64,000 bases of DNA from NCBI GenBank assembly GCA_964016885.1, contig OZ024741.1:286006001-286070000 (forward strand), read 5' to 3'. The DNA is from Eledone cirrhosa. Its lineage: Eukaryota. A model generated the notes under the pieces. The model saw nothing but the letters and a program-made list of their open reading frames with translations. It had not been told where the DNA came from and searched no databases. Made by a program: the position numbers and the translations under genes. Below, piece by piece: positions 1 through 13,244 of the stretch. Position 1 is the first letter of the stretch; each line of letters starts with the position of its first letter.

Positions 1-2110
1 TAAGATTGCTCTTACTCTGCGGTAACATTCCTTCCTTATCCTTTCCCTCATTGTCGAGTGCTTGATTCCGTCTCCTTCACAAACACGCAGATATTTGTAA
101 CTTTCCTCTTGATCAAGTTCTCTTATCACATTCCTCCGATCAAGATTAATGTCTGAACTTTTTAGCAGCTTTCCTCTGGTGAACATAGCTTTGGCGCATT
201 TATCTAGTCCAAATTCCATTTTAATGTCATCACTGAACTGCTTCACAGTGGATTTTTTTGCAAATAGTTTCATCTCATCCATGTAGAACAAGTGATTAAT
301 GGTTTTGTCATAGAGTTTATATCCATGTTTTGTTTCATTGAGCATTTTACGTAATGGTATAAGTGCGATGCAGAATAAAAGCTGTGATAAAGAGTCACCC
401 TGAAAAATTCCACAATTAATATTAACTTCTCCAGCTTCCAGTGATTTCTTTTCACTATACAAAAGGAGTGTCGTTTTCCATTCTTCATACTGAATGACAG
501 GAACCTCCTGAAAATGGGAGATATTTTGAAAATCTCTAAACATTTTTCAATCCAACTGTATGACAAACTATCGAATGTTTTTTTATAATCTATCCAAGCA
601 ATTGATAGATCTTTGTGTCGTAATTTTGGGGATTGTTTGTCTCATCATTCTTCGGAAGTAGGATGTAATGCCGTTAACTAGCCATGATGGTATCTTTTCT
701 GGCTCCTTAACTATTTCATTGTAAAGTTGGGCTAACAGCTCATGAGTTTCTGTGAAGGCATTTATCCAAATATTTGGTATTTTGTCTTTTCCTGGGAATT
801 TCCATTTGATGGTTTTTCTAAGAGTCAAACGTAACTGTTCAACTATTATATTTTCCCATGTTTGTTCCTTAAGGTGAGCTGTATCTTTCATTTGTCTGTC
901 TATCTATGGGGCATGTATATTATGAACTTTCTCTTCGCCCCAGATCTTTTCCTAGAATTTGGGTGGTATTGATTTAGCAGTTATTGTTGACTTGCCAATT
1001 TTTCTGTAGAAGTTTCTTTGGTTGTTTTTGAACATATTATTGTCCTTATAGAATCTAGATCGTTTTTCAAAGCGCCTTATACGAGCAGCTTTGGCAGACA
1101 CTTTTTGCTTGATTGATTCTATCAGCATGCTTATGTCACTTGTTGATTTTATACTGTATTTTCTTTTCAATGTTCTAAGTTTAGTTTGTTTAACATGTTC
1201 ACCTACTTTGTAGTTTGTTAAAATGTCTATGTCAGATCGGAGAAGGTTTATTTGGCGATTGATGTTCTCTTGCCAAGTAGGTTTCTTGTGGGAATTCCTT
1301 TGTTTCTTTTCATTTTCACTCCACATAAGTGAGTGGTGACTTTAGCCGATGCATAATAGAGATGATTTAAATCAGTAATGTTTAGTTTGTTTGTGATGAT
1401 AATGTTTTTGAGAATTATGTTAGTCTTTTGTATTATCTGTTGGTTCTGTTTGGAGTTCTGGATCTTAGGGAGACTGTCTCGTTCCCCCATATCAGATTCT
1501 TTCATTTTCATCCATTCTTCAAGTTGGCGAGTTCATTCTCATTCATTTCTTTATCATTTACGATTTCATTGTTTTCATTTTGAGTTTCATCTTGAGCATG
1601 CACTCCTTCCACTTTTAGATCCTTTCTTTAATTTGTTCTGCTGTCAGTCATTCCGTCCCAACCCTGGGATTCGAAGTGTTACAATTTAACTTGTTTTCAC
1701 TGACACATGTTTCATTTTCCCTTCGCTGACTTTGTGCTAATTACTTGATCTGATCAATTTCTATATCAGTTAGTAACTTTTTCTTAACAATATGTCTTCG
1801 TATATTGGCTAGTTTGTTACTGTCAATATAGCCTCTGTTTTCGGGATGTTTTTTTTCCAGTTGATATATGTCTGTTTTGTATTCGATCTATTTGATAGGT
1901 AGTACATGGCAGTGTAGAAAGCCTCAAGGACTTCTTTATTGTCTTCCCTTGATCATTTTTCTCTCTTTTCCTTTGGATTTCTTGTTGGTAAGCATGGAGG
2001 GCCAACAGTAGGAGTATACCGGTTAAGGGCGGTCTCCAGCTCCGAATTGATGGGAAGGTTTGAACCATTAGCTGATTTTTCGACCCCAGTCTGGTTCCTC
2101 TCTGAGGGAA
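1..2110 (-). mobile_element. R4/Dong-clade (RLE-type) non-LTR retrotransposon, 5' part through RT, frameshifted; continues off the left window edge
   Basis: Broken ORF pieces include WKFPGKDKIPNIWI (cf. WKAPG.D.I.N.W), AARIRRFEKRSRFYKDNNMFKNNQRNFYR and an NHLFYMDEMK-like RT motif near 270-300. The 5' end abuts (TAA)n at 2112-2127. Confidence 0.85.
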
Positions 2111-2130
2111 CTATTATTATTATTATTTTA

Positions 2131-3691
2131 ATTTTCTTTCATTATTGTTTCTGAGATATATGCCAAATGTCGTACTGACACCTAGGGCAAATAAATTCAC
2201 AGTGTGCATTGTTAAGCCAGTTAATACAGCACATTGATTATAATTTAAAAAAAAACAGTATACATATATACACATGTGCATATGCATATGTAAAGACAAG
2301 GAGGGATATCAATCTTACAGAGATGGTGCTCTTCCCAATACGTGTGCGGTACAAGTCAAAACAATTTTTTGCACCTCGTGCAGAGAAGGTAAACCAGGAA
2401 TCATTCGCAAATATTGTTTTTTTCCTTTCTTGATCATTCCCAGTCCTGCCACAATCACTGGTATTGTAACGGCCCTGAGGTGACACATTTTCTCACTTTC
2501 AATAAGTAGATCTTTATATTTTCGTAGCTTGTCAAATTCTTTTGCCACGATATTGTGATCACATGGGATGCTCATATCTATCAATAAACAGACCTTGTTA
2601 TGTTGATCTTTTACAATGATGTCAGGTCTATTTGCTTTTATGGTCCTGTCAGTATGTATAGGAAAGTCCCAGAGAATTGTTACTTGTTCTCCTTCAGTTA
2701 CAGCCTCAGGGTGATGATTGTACCACTTGTCTTCAGTTTTCATTTTGTAATGCCGACATATTACCCAGTGTAGATATTGGCCAACTCTGTCATGTCTATA
2801 TTTGTATTCTACTGGTGCTAAAACTTTACATCCAGAGACTAAGTGATCCACTGTTTCAACCTCAGCATTGCATAATTGGCACTTTGGGTTTATTCCGTTT
2901 CTCATCACATTGGCCTGGTAATTACGAGTCAAAAACTTTGATCTTGGGAAGCTAAGATGAAGCCTTCACTCTACGCCTTTAACCCCGAACTACGTAGCCA
3001 CTGATGGGTGTGCTTTTGGTCAACATCAGCTTGTTTGCTACGGGCCACATATTTGCCATGCAGAGGTTTCTGCTCCCAATTTGATGCTAATTGTCCTTGC
3101 CCTTTTGCTTTTGCCAGTGATTTTATGTGCCTAGCAGCATCAGTTGCAACAGTTTCTTTAGTCTGTCCAGCCTGGGTATCAAGCATGAGATCACTAGTAT
3201 ATTTTTTGCTCTTCTTCAAGATAGAATAAAGCTTCTTACTTCTCTCATGTTTTTCAACAAGTTTCAGCTTATAGTCGTTAGTTGTTTCAAAGTATTTGGC
3301 CAGTCCAATGATGGTGGTCTAGTAAGCAAGTTCAAATTGGATCAGGCCACGGCCTCCTTGAGTTCTAAGAAGGTAAAGACGATCCACATCTGCTTTTGGG
3401 TGGTGCATCCTATTACAGGTCAGTAGCTTACGGACTTTGGTGTCGATTCTTTTGATTTCATTCATATTCCAGTTCAACACACCGAAGCTATAAGTGATAA
3501 CTGGGACTGCCAAGGAATTTATGGCTAGCACCTTATTACGAACGTTTAGTTCTGATCTCAGAACTGCACGTACTCTCCTGTAACATTCTTACCTTATCCT
3601 CTCTTTCATACTTGCATGCTGTATGCCAGAGCCTTCATTAATCCCTAAGTATTTATAGGTTTGTTCCTGCTCAAGTTCCTTTATGATTGTT

Positions 3692-3693
<2 letters not shown>
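2131..3693 (-). mobile_element. R4/Dong-clade non-LTR retrotransposon, 5'-truncated copy (end of RT, CCHC finger, restriction-like endonuclease, 3' UTR)
   Basis: YKYLG at ~3650; AINSLAVPVITYSFG; HHPKADVDRLYL..GGRGL; KPLHGKY; CQLC..ETVDHLVSGC..YKYRHD; WDFPIHTDRTIKANRPDIIV..LLIDMSIP..K.RKY (ORF 2315-2932). Both ends abut (TAA)n. Confidence 0.9.

Positions 3694-3729
<36 letters not shown>
3694..3729. repeat. (ATT)12 microsatellite separating divergent Dong-like (-) and Tx1-like (+) elements
   Basis: Read directly from the sequence. Confidence 0.95.
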
Positions 3730-3946
3730 GAAGGTGAAGCCACGCTTCTTATCGCCTCCAGTTTCTTTTCAACAGTTTACCCAGTTTTCAACCGTTCTAA
3801 ACCTTTTATTCAAGTTTTAAACTTAATAAAGGTTTAGAAGAAGTGACCCACCTAATACAGGAGTTCACTCGTAAATAATACGGCACCCCTTTACGGGGTG
3901 TCGTATTGTGTAAAAATATTATTTGAAAAAATAACTTCTTTCAACA

Positions 3947-6007
3947 TGGATAACACAAGAAAGAGAGAGAGCGCTGTCAGACAACACAGAGAGATGGAGA
4001 CTTTGTCAGCATGTCAACAAGACAGCGTTCCAGCGAAGGTAAATTTAAAAGAAAATATTACTAGGAAAAGAGGAACAATAGCATTTTTAATGATATTGTT
4101 ACAGATTTAAAATCATCAAATATTTCTAACACAAACAACACCAACAATAACGCCAACAACAACACCATCAATAACAACAGCAACAACAAAAATAACAGCG
4201 GTAAGGTTGAGAACGACAATAACAAAAATAACAGCGGTAAGGTCGAGAACAACAATAACAATGACAATAACAACAGCCACAACAACAATAATAGTAGGAA
4301 CAGTATCAACAAAAACAACAATAATAACAACAGCCACAATAACAGTAATAACAGCAACAATATCAACGAAAACAACAACAACAGCAACAACAGTACCAAT
4401 GAAAACATCAACAATGACATCGATAACTGTAACAGCGATCTCAGCACCACCAGCAGGACTGGTAGCGGCAGCAATAGTGGTGTGCTGAAAAAGGGAACGC
4501 TTCTTTTGCAGGTGTCGCCCGAAATATCGAAACAATGTTAGTCAGAGAGGAGGAGATGGCAGTCGCAAGGGCCATGGTGACAAGAAGCGCCAAGAGAGTC
4601 TCCCTGAAACCTCAATCCTATTTTTTTCAAGGACCAGCAGCTACGGACGGTGACTTAGCGCACCGTAAGCAAAATCTCACAAATCCAAAAGGCCTTGGGG
4701 TGCGTCTGGGCACGCAAAACCCACATCACCCGAGGCAGAAAGTACGCACAGTAGATGTACTTTTCGCCAACCCCCAAGAAGCGAAGTCTCACTCTTTGGA
4801 AACCCTAAAGAGTGAGGAGATAGTCTTGGTGCCCTCCTACTGCGGGCAGAAATTTGTGAGGGTCAAATTGACCCAGGTCGCACCCGACGTACCCATACCT
4901 TGGCTGGCCGCGTCTGTCCTTGCTGGAATCGAGGACAGGACGACCATTCTGCAAGTAGAGAAAATAGGAAGAGAGAACTGGTCAGGTAGAGGCATGCAAA
5001 TGATTATACAAACTGACCAGGAATGTATCGACTCTATCCTCGATATCATAGACATCAAGGAAGGCTCCAATGCCCTATAAGCGTAGAAGGAAGACGGCCA
5101 AAATGTTATCTCTTGGGTCAAAGGGCCACCTCAGGGCCTTTTGACCGCAGAAGACAGCGAAGAAGAAGGCCCCTCTCCTTCCAATACCTGGTCCGCTGCT
5201 ACCAAGTGCAGGGCAGGAAACAAACACAGAAGCCCCTTCCACGGTGAGTAGGAGGGCAACGTCCGTGGCACCCGTACCAAGGTCACGGACAACTAAAGCA
5301 GCAGCATCAGTGGCGGCAACACCAGTAGCTACATTTGCAGTAGCTGCAACAGCAACAAAATTGCTGGAGAGGGCTCCACTACCACCACCGACAGTCGTGG
5401 AGCACATACCCCTCCCAGACGCCACGGAATCCGACATGGAGTCTGAGGCGGGAATGAAGTGGCAAACGGTCTGCCACAATAAAAAACAAAAAACAAAAAA
5501 AAACCTTAGCTTCGCCCTCCAAAAGCGAAGGCACACAAAGAGGGGTAAAGGCTGCAAGGAGACTTCCAGCAACACCACCACAAGCACCACCGCCAACAAC
5601 AACCACACCACCACCAGCATCACCAAAAACACCAACAACGCAAACAAAACAAAACACACACACGAAACAGCAACAAGAAAACAGCAACAAAATCACCCCT
5701 CCCCGCAAAAAAGTACAGAGCCATAAACATGACAAATAAAGAACTCATACAATATATAAAGCAGCACACAGACATCACAGAAAAAAACTACTACACCCCA
5801 CCAACACCAAGAACTCTCCCGACAATCATAAGCATCATTGATATCAAATTAGAACAGTACAAACTTTTAAAACAAAAATTCCCCAATGCAGTTGGAGACT
5901 TCAGAAGGTCAGTTACCAAGAGGATATACACTGACATCCTCTTGGAAACCCCCATGACCAGTCAAAGGGACGGTTCTACTGTCCCTTCACCACACGATCA
6001 AGGTTAG
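3947..6007 (+). pseudogene. Tx1 ORF1 (gag-like) remnant: Asn-rich N-terminus, decayed zinc knuckle, Pro/Thr/Lys-rich tail
   Basis: ATG at 3947; AAC-rich tract 4130-4440; LVPSYCGQKFVRV; VEGRRPKCYLLG..GH aligns with the intact knuckle of the copy at 58195-58254. Several stops and frameshifts. Confidence 0.7.
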
Positions 6008-6042
6008 TGACCCTTTCTCACTTGCCCCGTTTCTCATCCGAC

Positions 6043-9000
6043 ATGGCCGTACTTAGAATAGGCAGTATAAATGCACGTGGCCTGGGGGTCGTCTTGGAAA
6101 CAGGGTACATGCACAACGACCTCAGGTGACTAAACATAGATGTGGTGGGCATCAGCGAGCCCAGAATTTCCGAAGCACGAGCCTTTGCACCGATCTTCGG
6201 CGGCTACGATGTATACGCATCTCCCAGTCGTCCAGGAACGGGGAGAGGGGTTGCCGTCCTTTTTTTCGGAGAGGCTTGGATCTCGCCATACGGGCCATCT
6301 TCCTAGACCCAGAAGGTAAGTCGGTGGTGCTGGACGTGACCGGCAGCGGAGGCAATGCTTTCAGGCTAGTAGCCGTCTACGCCCCAACTGGGCAGGACGA
6401 CCAGATTACTTCAGACCATTCTTGGAACGTCCCGCTTTTTAGTGTTAGTGGGCGACTGGAACGGGATTGTGTGGGGATAGTGGATAGAGAAGGAGGGTGC
6501 AAGAGCCTCACCAACCTGCTCAGACGTTTTGAAATGTCTGACAGGTATCGACTGGATCACCGGAATGTGCCAATGTGGACATGGACAAACCACATCGGGT
6601 CATCCAGATCGTATGTCGATATGGTATTCTGCAGAGAACTGGATAAGGCTAGTATAAGTTGTCCACAATTTAAAATAGTCGACTACACAGACCACAAATT
6701 TGTGATCTGTGAGATCGACATAGAGAGACTTCATAGACAAGGACCCGGTTACTGGAAGCTGAACGCGTCTTTCCCGGCGCGCAAAACATACAGAGACCGG
6801 ATTAGCGTATTATTTAAGCGGGCGTTGACAGGAGTGGTCGTCAACAACAGGTGGTGGTTCGCCCTGAAAAGGGCAATTAAAGTAGAGTCGATTTGGTTTA
6901 GCAAAGGACTAGAGATAGATGAAAATATAGTAGAGGGAGAGCTAGTCAGAAACCTAGAAGAGGCGTTTAGGACAGGATTTGCAACCGACGTGCTTGCGGC
7001 GAGATTGGCACTCCACCAATTCTTCAACGCAAAGCACGAAGGCTGCATTGTCAGAGCTAGAGCGCGTGCTCTGAAACACGAGGGGACAAAAGCCGTCCAA
7101 TTGGCCCGGGTGGCAGGGGTGCGACGTGGCAAAAAAGCCAGAATTCGGTCTTTATCTGACCAAAACGGGTGCGTGTTGCTCGAACCCGAGCAGATGTGTG
7201 AAGCTTTTCAGCAGCACTTTGCTGAACTGTTCGGGAGCATCGGCGGGCCGGATCGGGTATGGACTTCAGTGAAACCTCGCTGGACTGCCTCGGCTCTCGA
7301 CGACCGTAGCACAGTGTTGCGAAAAGCCAATAACAGCCGGGAAGCGATGGCTAACTGCTCGAGCGGTAAATCGCCAGGTTTGGATGGTCTGCTCTATGAG
7401 CTTTATGCATTTATGCCAGACTTGTTCGGTGACCTCTTGGCAGACGTCTACTGCAACTGGCAACAGAACGGGAGCATTCCCAGTTTTGTGAGCCGGGGAG
7501 CGGTGGCGCTGCTGAGAAAAGACCCGAACAAGGGGGATATTATAGATAACTTCAAGCCCATAACCCTGCTAAACGCAGAGTTCAAGATTTTCGACAAGCT
7601 GTTAGCAACGAGGTTGGCGCTTGTCGTCAAGGGTCTGGTGGGAGAGGCGCAGACATGCGCCATTCCGGAAAGATCCATACACGACAACCTCCACTTCATG
7701 CGATACATCGTAGAGAGTGTGGTTAAGGAACCTGGCACGGGTGGGGCCCTAATCAACTTGGATCAATCCAAAGCATTCGATAGGGTCCTGGCGGCGGTCC
7801 CCGAGGCAGCCAGTTTCGGGCCCGTTTTGGTGGGTTGGATCGCTGCGATGTACAGCGACATCTGCTCAGTTGTGAGGGTGAACGGTCACCTGTCGCAGCC
7901 GTTCAGCATCATGCGCTCGGTCCACCAGGATTGTCCCCTCTCGTCCCTCTTGTACGTATTGGTTCTCGAACCGTTACTGCACAAACTAGGGGCGATGTGG
8001 GGCGTCCCACGTGAACTAGGATGCGGGAAATCCGAGTCGGCTTACGCCGGCGACGTCGCCGTCCAGTTGCTCGGCACCGCTCTCAAGGAATACGAAGCGG
8101 TGACAGGAGGAAAGATAAACCAGGAAAAGTCGGTGGGCTTGCAGCTGGGCACCTGGAGAGGCAAGTCCATGCCGTCCGACAGCGTCGTGGGGCGTTGGAC
8201 GGACGCACCGGTTAAATTCCTCGGGGTCTGGTTCGGACCGGACCTCTAGATGGAGAAAATCTGGAGTGAGGTGACGAGTAAAGTGGCCTCCCTCACCCAG
8301 AAATGGGCCGAGAGGAAGCTGTCCCTGAAAGGCCGGGCGCAGGTGGCGAATGCGTACATCGCATCCGTCATCTGCTACCGCCTCACCGTCGTCCCTTGCC
8401 TCGGCCCAATTCTCACCAAAATGGAGCGCCTCCTCTTCCGCTTTTTGTGGAAGGGACGCGCTCCCATGGTCAGACGATCCATCTGCTGTCAACACCCGTT
8501 GCGTGGAGGACTGGGCATGCCATGGCTGATGATGCGTAAACATACGCTGAGGCTGCGATATCTCTGGTGCTTCCTTGACGGTGAACAGCTGTAGTCGCCG
8601 TTCACCAGGCACGTTTTCCCACAGCTCTTCTCCTTCACGGAGCTGCAGTCCTGGGTCAGGAAAGAACCGAGGGATAGCACTTGGAAACTGGAATTTCTCC
8701 AGGCGCTCACTTCCCTCTGTCAGCTGGGCACCAGTATCAGTGGAACATCCACATCGGCGTTCTATAGAGGACTAGTGGGGGGGGGGGGGCGACGACGTTC
8801 TCGGAGAGATCCTGGGCGTCGAAGAAGATCAGCTGTTTGCTCTCTTCCGGAGAACTTTCAGCCCAGGGCCTATGGATAACTTTCAAAAATCCCTGGCCTG
8901 GCCTGGTAGTGCTATTGGGGAGCGTTGCCGGTTCGAGATAAGCTCTACAGGCACGGAAGTATCGTTAGCCCAGCCTGTCCTAGCTGCGCGCAGAGCGACG

Positions 9001-9392
9001 AAACCGTCGCGCACGCACTCGTTCAGTGCCCGAGCATTGCTGACTTGTGGAGCTATGTCGAACAGTTGCAGTCGCGTGTAGGACTGATCCGGTTATCGAC
9101 TGAGTCCATTGTTCAGATGGTCTCGCCGTCTTCCTTCGAGGAGGAATGGCAGGCGGTTTTCATCTGCCTGGTGGCCATGGCGAAAAAGATTGTGTGGTGG
9201 ACAAGGTTAAAAGGGTTAAAGACAGACACTTTCCTCTTCGGCGAATCCGTAATTAACTTTTTCAAGTTTCACTTGAAGAGGAAAATCAGGGTGGAGAGGC
9301 AAGTGCTGCCTTCTAGCAAGTTTGTTGAAAGGTGGGTGAATGTAGCGAGAATGGTCCGAGTGAATGGGACCACTCTGAATATACGTCTGTAG
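6043..9392 (+). pseudogene. Tx1 ORF2 (APE endonuclease-reverse transcriptase) pseudogene
   Basis: MAVLRIGSINARGL; LVAVYAP; YTDHK; GPGYWKLN; KSPGLDGL; FKPITLLN; LDQSKAFDRV; SAYAGDV (YADD mutated); KFLGV; CPSC..ETVAHALVQC. In-frame TAG at 8247 and 8592, plus frameshifts. Confidence 0.9.
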
Positions 9393-9751
9393 TTTGAGAG
9401 ATGGAAAAATTGAGAGAGGGCGCTTGCCCTGGTGGTCAGGGTGGCCGTGGTCTTTTGTGTCGTTTTCGCTACGAGTAACCCTCGGAGGTTTCCCCCCTAT
9501 TGGGGAATTTTTCATTGTTTCAATTTTCATTTTTTTGTTTATACATATGTTTATATGTCCTTTTTTTTTCTTTTCTTATATAAAAAATAAAAATATTTAC
9601 ATGCACAAAACCCACATCGTACCGTCCTGTACCGTCCTGTGCCGTCTGTAATGTTTTTCTTCGTGGCCAATAAAGAAATCATTATTATTATTATTATTGG
9701 CCTTGTGCCAAAAGTAGAAACAATTATTATTATTATTATTATGTTAATATT

Positions 9752-10204
9752 TGTTTCTACTATTGGCACAAGGCCAGCAATTACCCAGTACATTATTGGT
9801 ACTTTATTTTATCGACCCCGTAAGGATGAAAGGCAAAGTTAACCTCGGCGGGATTTGGACTCAGAATGGCAAGGGCCGTAACTCTATGCGTCAAAGCAAG
9901 GCGTCCGACCCTCTACTGATACTGCCAATTCACCGCCCTTGCAGTTGCTAATATTATTATGTTAATAATATTAGCAACTGCAACAACAACAGCAACAGTC
10001 GCAAAAACATCAATAAAAATAACTGTTTCTACTTTTGGCACAAGGCATTACTGGTGCATTACTGGTACTTTATTTTAACGACCCCGTAAGTATGAAAGGC
10101 AAAGTTAACCTCGGCGGGATTTGAACTCAGAATGGCAAGGGCCGTAACTCTATACGTCAAAGCATGGCGTCCGACTCTCTACCGATACTGCCAATCCACC
10201 GCCC
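9752..10204 (-). mobile_element. Two tandem tRNA-derived SINE copies (9752-9938, 10024-10204)
   Basis: On the minus strand: A-box TGGCAGTATC(A/G)G, B-box GAGT(C/T)CAAATCC, central CCTTTCATCCTTACGGGGTCGATAAAAT (Meta/MESC-like domain) and tail GCCTTGTGCCAA.AGTAGAAAC. Confidence 0.9.
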
Positions 10205-10246
10205 TTCAATAAAAATAATAATAACAATAATAATCATAATAATAAT

Positions 10247-13065
10247 TCGGCTCGTTTCTGGGTGTCAGTGGCCGCACTGCTTTGTATCTCGTCCCTGTTC
10301 TTATCAACCTATAGATCTGGACCAAACAAGACCCCGATCAACTTAACTGGTTCCTCCATCCGACGTTCCGTGATGCTCTTAAACGTTATGGTCTTGCCTT
10401 TTCCGGTGCCGATCTGCGAATTTACTGACTTGTCCCGGTTAATTTTTACTCTCGTCAATATTTCGTATTCACCTAAGAAGTTGCCAGCAACCTCGATTAG
10501 TGATTTATTTGACACCAACGCAGTGACATCGTCCGCGTATGCCTATGCAACCCTTCCACGACTCGGTTCAAGCGGTATGCTCTTCAACAGTATCACCTTC
10601 CGCAGTAGTGGCTCGAGAGTCAATACGTACAGAAGTGAGGTGAGGGGGATCTCTGACCACCCGAGCGCGTTATCTGGAACGGTTCCGATATGCGGCCATT
10701 AACTTCAACCGCCGAACATATGCCGCTGTGCATTGCAGTGATTCAGCCTTTGAAGACTGGAACGAAGTTAGCTGCCTTGAGAACAACCACCGTCTATCGA
10801 TGGTTGACCTTATCGAAAGATTTAGATGGATCTAAATTGATTAACACCCTGACAAATCAGGTTTACTCACTACCCTCTCTATGATATATCTCCTGAAGTA
10901 GAGTTTGTAATGAATTGACTTGGCCGGGATCGGGAATGTCTGTGTATCCCCGATGAGACTCATATCATATAACCGCGAACCTCTTTGTTAGCACCTTGTC
11001 CAATATCTTAAACTCAGTGCTGAGCAGAGATATTGAACGGTCATTTCCATTTACATCGCCCTTGTTCGCTTCTTTCCTTATCAGTATTACTACTCCCCAG
11101 CTTACAGAACTAGTTATTCCCCGTTCTGTTGCCTATTGCAATAATAATTTGAAGTATATCGGCGAACAAGTGTGGTATATAAAAGAAAAACTCGTAGGAT
11201 AGACCATCAAAATAGAGCAATGTATTTCGTATAGCCGCTTAATGCTTCCCTAACTTGACTGGTGTCCCTAACTTATCGTATTTTCGCAGAATTCTGCCTC
11301 TTCTGACCTGAGTTGCAATAGGTCATCGAGGTAGAAACTATAGACCACTATCGTCTCCGTCTCATAGCTTACTCCGAACAATCGTACAAAGGGCCGTTGT
11401 AAAGCTGCACAACCTGATTGGAATCGAGCTGCACTCGCCCCTATATCAGTCCGTCAATTACCGAATTGTGGCTTTGTTGCTACGCTGTGTATCTGCCACT
11501 CGAGCCCAACGAACGGCTTTCGTTCCTTCATTTCATCAAGCAGGTACCTTGGTGCTCAAAATGCAATCGTCGTGTAATTTTCGCAGCTATCATGTCGTTT
11601 ACAATGCCACTACTGATCGCATGTTCTAATTCAGCTAATAAAGCTCTCCTATTTTTTCCTATCGCTACGTTTTTACTAAATGCAATTGATTCTATTCTAA
11701 TCGTTCCCGTGAGAGCGCCCCACCGCAGGTTGTTGACGACAGCCTCTGGCAGCTGGTGTTTAGTTAATGTGCCAATTCAGTTTCTGTAAGTTATAAGCGA
11801 GAAAGACCTGTTATTCTTCTCGTAACCTGGTCCCTGTCTATGTGTTTTATCTAGGTCGTCTCAATAGGTGACCGATTGAAAGTGCGGACACCCTATGCTA
11901 TCTCTATATGCAAACCAAATGAAAAACCTACCCAAATATGATCTAGATGACCCTATGCGATTGATCCAGTTCCACACTAGTGCATTCTGGAAACCTAGTC
12001 GTTACCTGTCAGACAGTTGGAACTGGCTGATCAGGTTCTTCAGGACTTTGCACTTCCATTTCTATAAGCTACATGGTCCCAGCGTGCGTCTAAAACGCCA
12101 TTCCAGATTCCTGGAAAGGACGAAACGTTCATAGAAAGGCTTCCAGACGCCTGAAGAAATCTAACCGTATTGTCTACCCGTCGTTCTGTATCCTGTATCA
12201 TCTCTGATGCACCTCAGTGCAGCTTCGACTCCTGCCTGGCGAATGTTGATCGCTTTTTTAGTCTCCACTGAGATGCAGTTCTCCTCTCCACCGCTTTAAT
12301 GACCTCTGTTGGGACGGTTAAGTTGACCCAGGTTTGCTCTTGCCTGGGCCAACCTTTTTTCTTTTGGAGTAAGATCCTTGTTAAAGCATGTCCTTTTTTA
12401 GCTGATGCAGCAATGAAAGAGTTCTTGTTGTTGTCTTTGTTGGTGGTCACATTGTTGTTAGTGATGAAGTTGTTGGTGTTATCGTTGTTGTTCTCAATTT
12501 TCTTTATACTGTTCTTGTTGTTGGTGTTGTTGATAATCATTCTGTTCTTATTCTTGGTGCAGTTGTGTTGTTGCTGTTGTTGTTTTGTTGACCTGTTTCG
12601 CTGTTTCTGTTAGTGCTTTCGCTGTTCATATTGTTGTTGGTGGTGCTGTCACTGTTCATGTTGTTGTTGTTGGTGGCGTTGTTAATTTCCTTGTTGGTTT
12701 TGTTGCCATTCTTTCTTTTATCAGTTCTTTTTTGTTGTTGTTGTTGGAGCTGTTGTTTTGTTGCTGGCAGTACTGCCTAAATTTCTGTTAGGGGTGGTGT
12801 TTCTTAGGTAAACGCCTACATCGCTGTCACACGACAGCAGATTGAAAGTTAGAGTGCTTGGCTCCACCATGTTCTTTTTCGATTATTTTTAAAACAGAGT
12901 TCAAATATATTGGCCAAAAGGCCCAAATATATAAAAGAGTTCCCCTCCACAGGGCAAAAACGGAAGTCTTACGACCCTTTCACAAAAGGAATATATAATT
13001 AATACGAACGAAAGGTGTTGAAAATGCAGAGCTCACAATAACACATCTTCACATTCTGACAGCCA
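10247..13065 (-). mobile_element. Degraded Tx1-like LINE, internally deleted and 3'-truncated
   Basis: Asn-rich ORF1 with QEQTWVNLTVPTEVIKAVERRT (homologous to 63700-63810). Jumps into ORF2 near 12185 (HRQGPGY; LDPSKSFDKV; AYADDV ~10525-10545; VKLIGVLFGPDL). (ATT)n lies on both sides. Confidence 0.85.
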
Positions 13066-13084
13066 GTAATAGTAATAATAATTA

Positions 13085-13244
13085 TTTCTGCTATAGGCAC
13101 AAGGCCAGCAATATGAGTGGAGGGAAAAATCGATTAAATTGACCTCAGTGCATAACTGGTGTTTTATTTTATCGACCCCGTAAGGATGAAAGGCAAAGCT
13201 AACCTCGACGGGATTTGAACTCAGAACGTACAGGCCGTAACTCT
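13085..13244 (-). mobile_element. SINE copy lacking its 5' head
   Basis: Central domain and GGCCTTGTGCC tail present. Confidence 0.85.

Larger units (their letters stand above)
3730..9681 (+). mobile_element. Near full-length Tx1-like (L1-group) LINE, disabled
   Basis: 5' UTR, ORF1 remnants (~3947-6007), ORF2 6043-9392 (APE, RT, C-terminal Cys/His finger) and a 3' UTR ending ...gtggccaataaagaaatc followed by (ATT)n. Confidence 0.9.

Noticed and set aside
4061-5735. Hydrophobic Leu/Val-rich minus-strand ORFs (also 12299-12791, 63331-63807)
   Set aside because: Antisense or off-frame readings of AAC-rich Tx1 ORF1; not membrane proteins.
6126-8249. Functional 707-aa reverse transcriptase gene
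   Set aside because: The N-terminus is out of frame with the true ORF2 start at 6043, YADD is mutated to YAGD, and the ORF has internal deletions and a premature stop.
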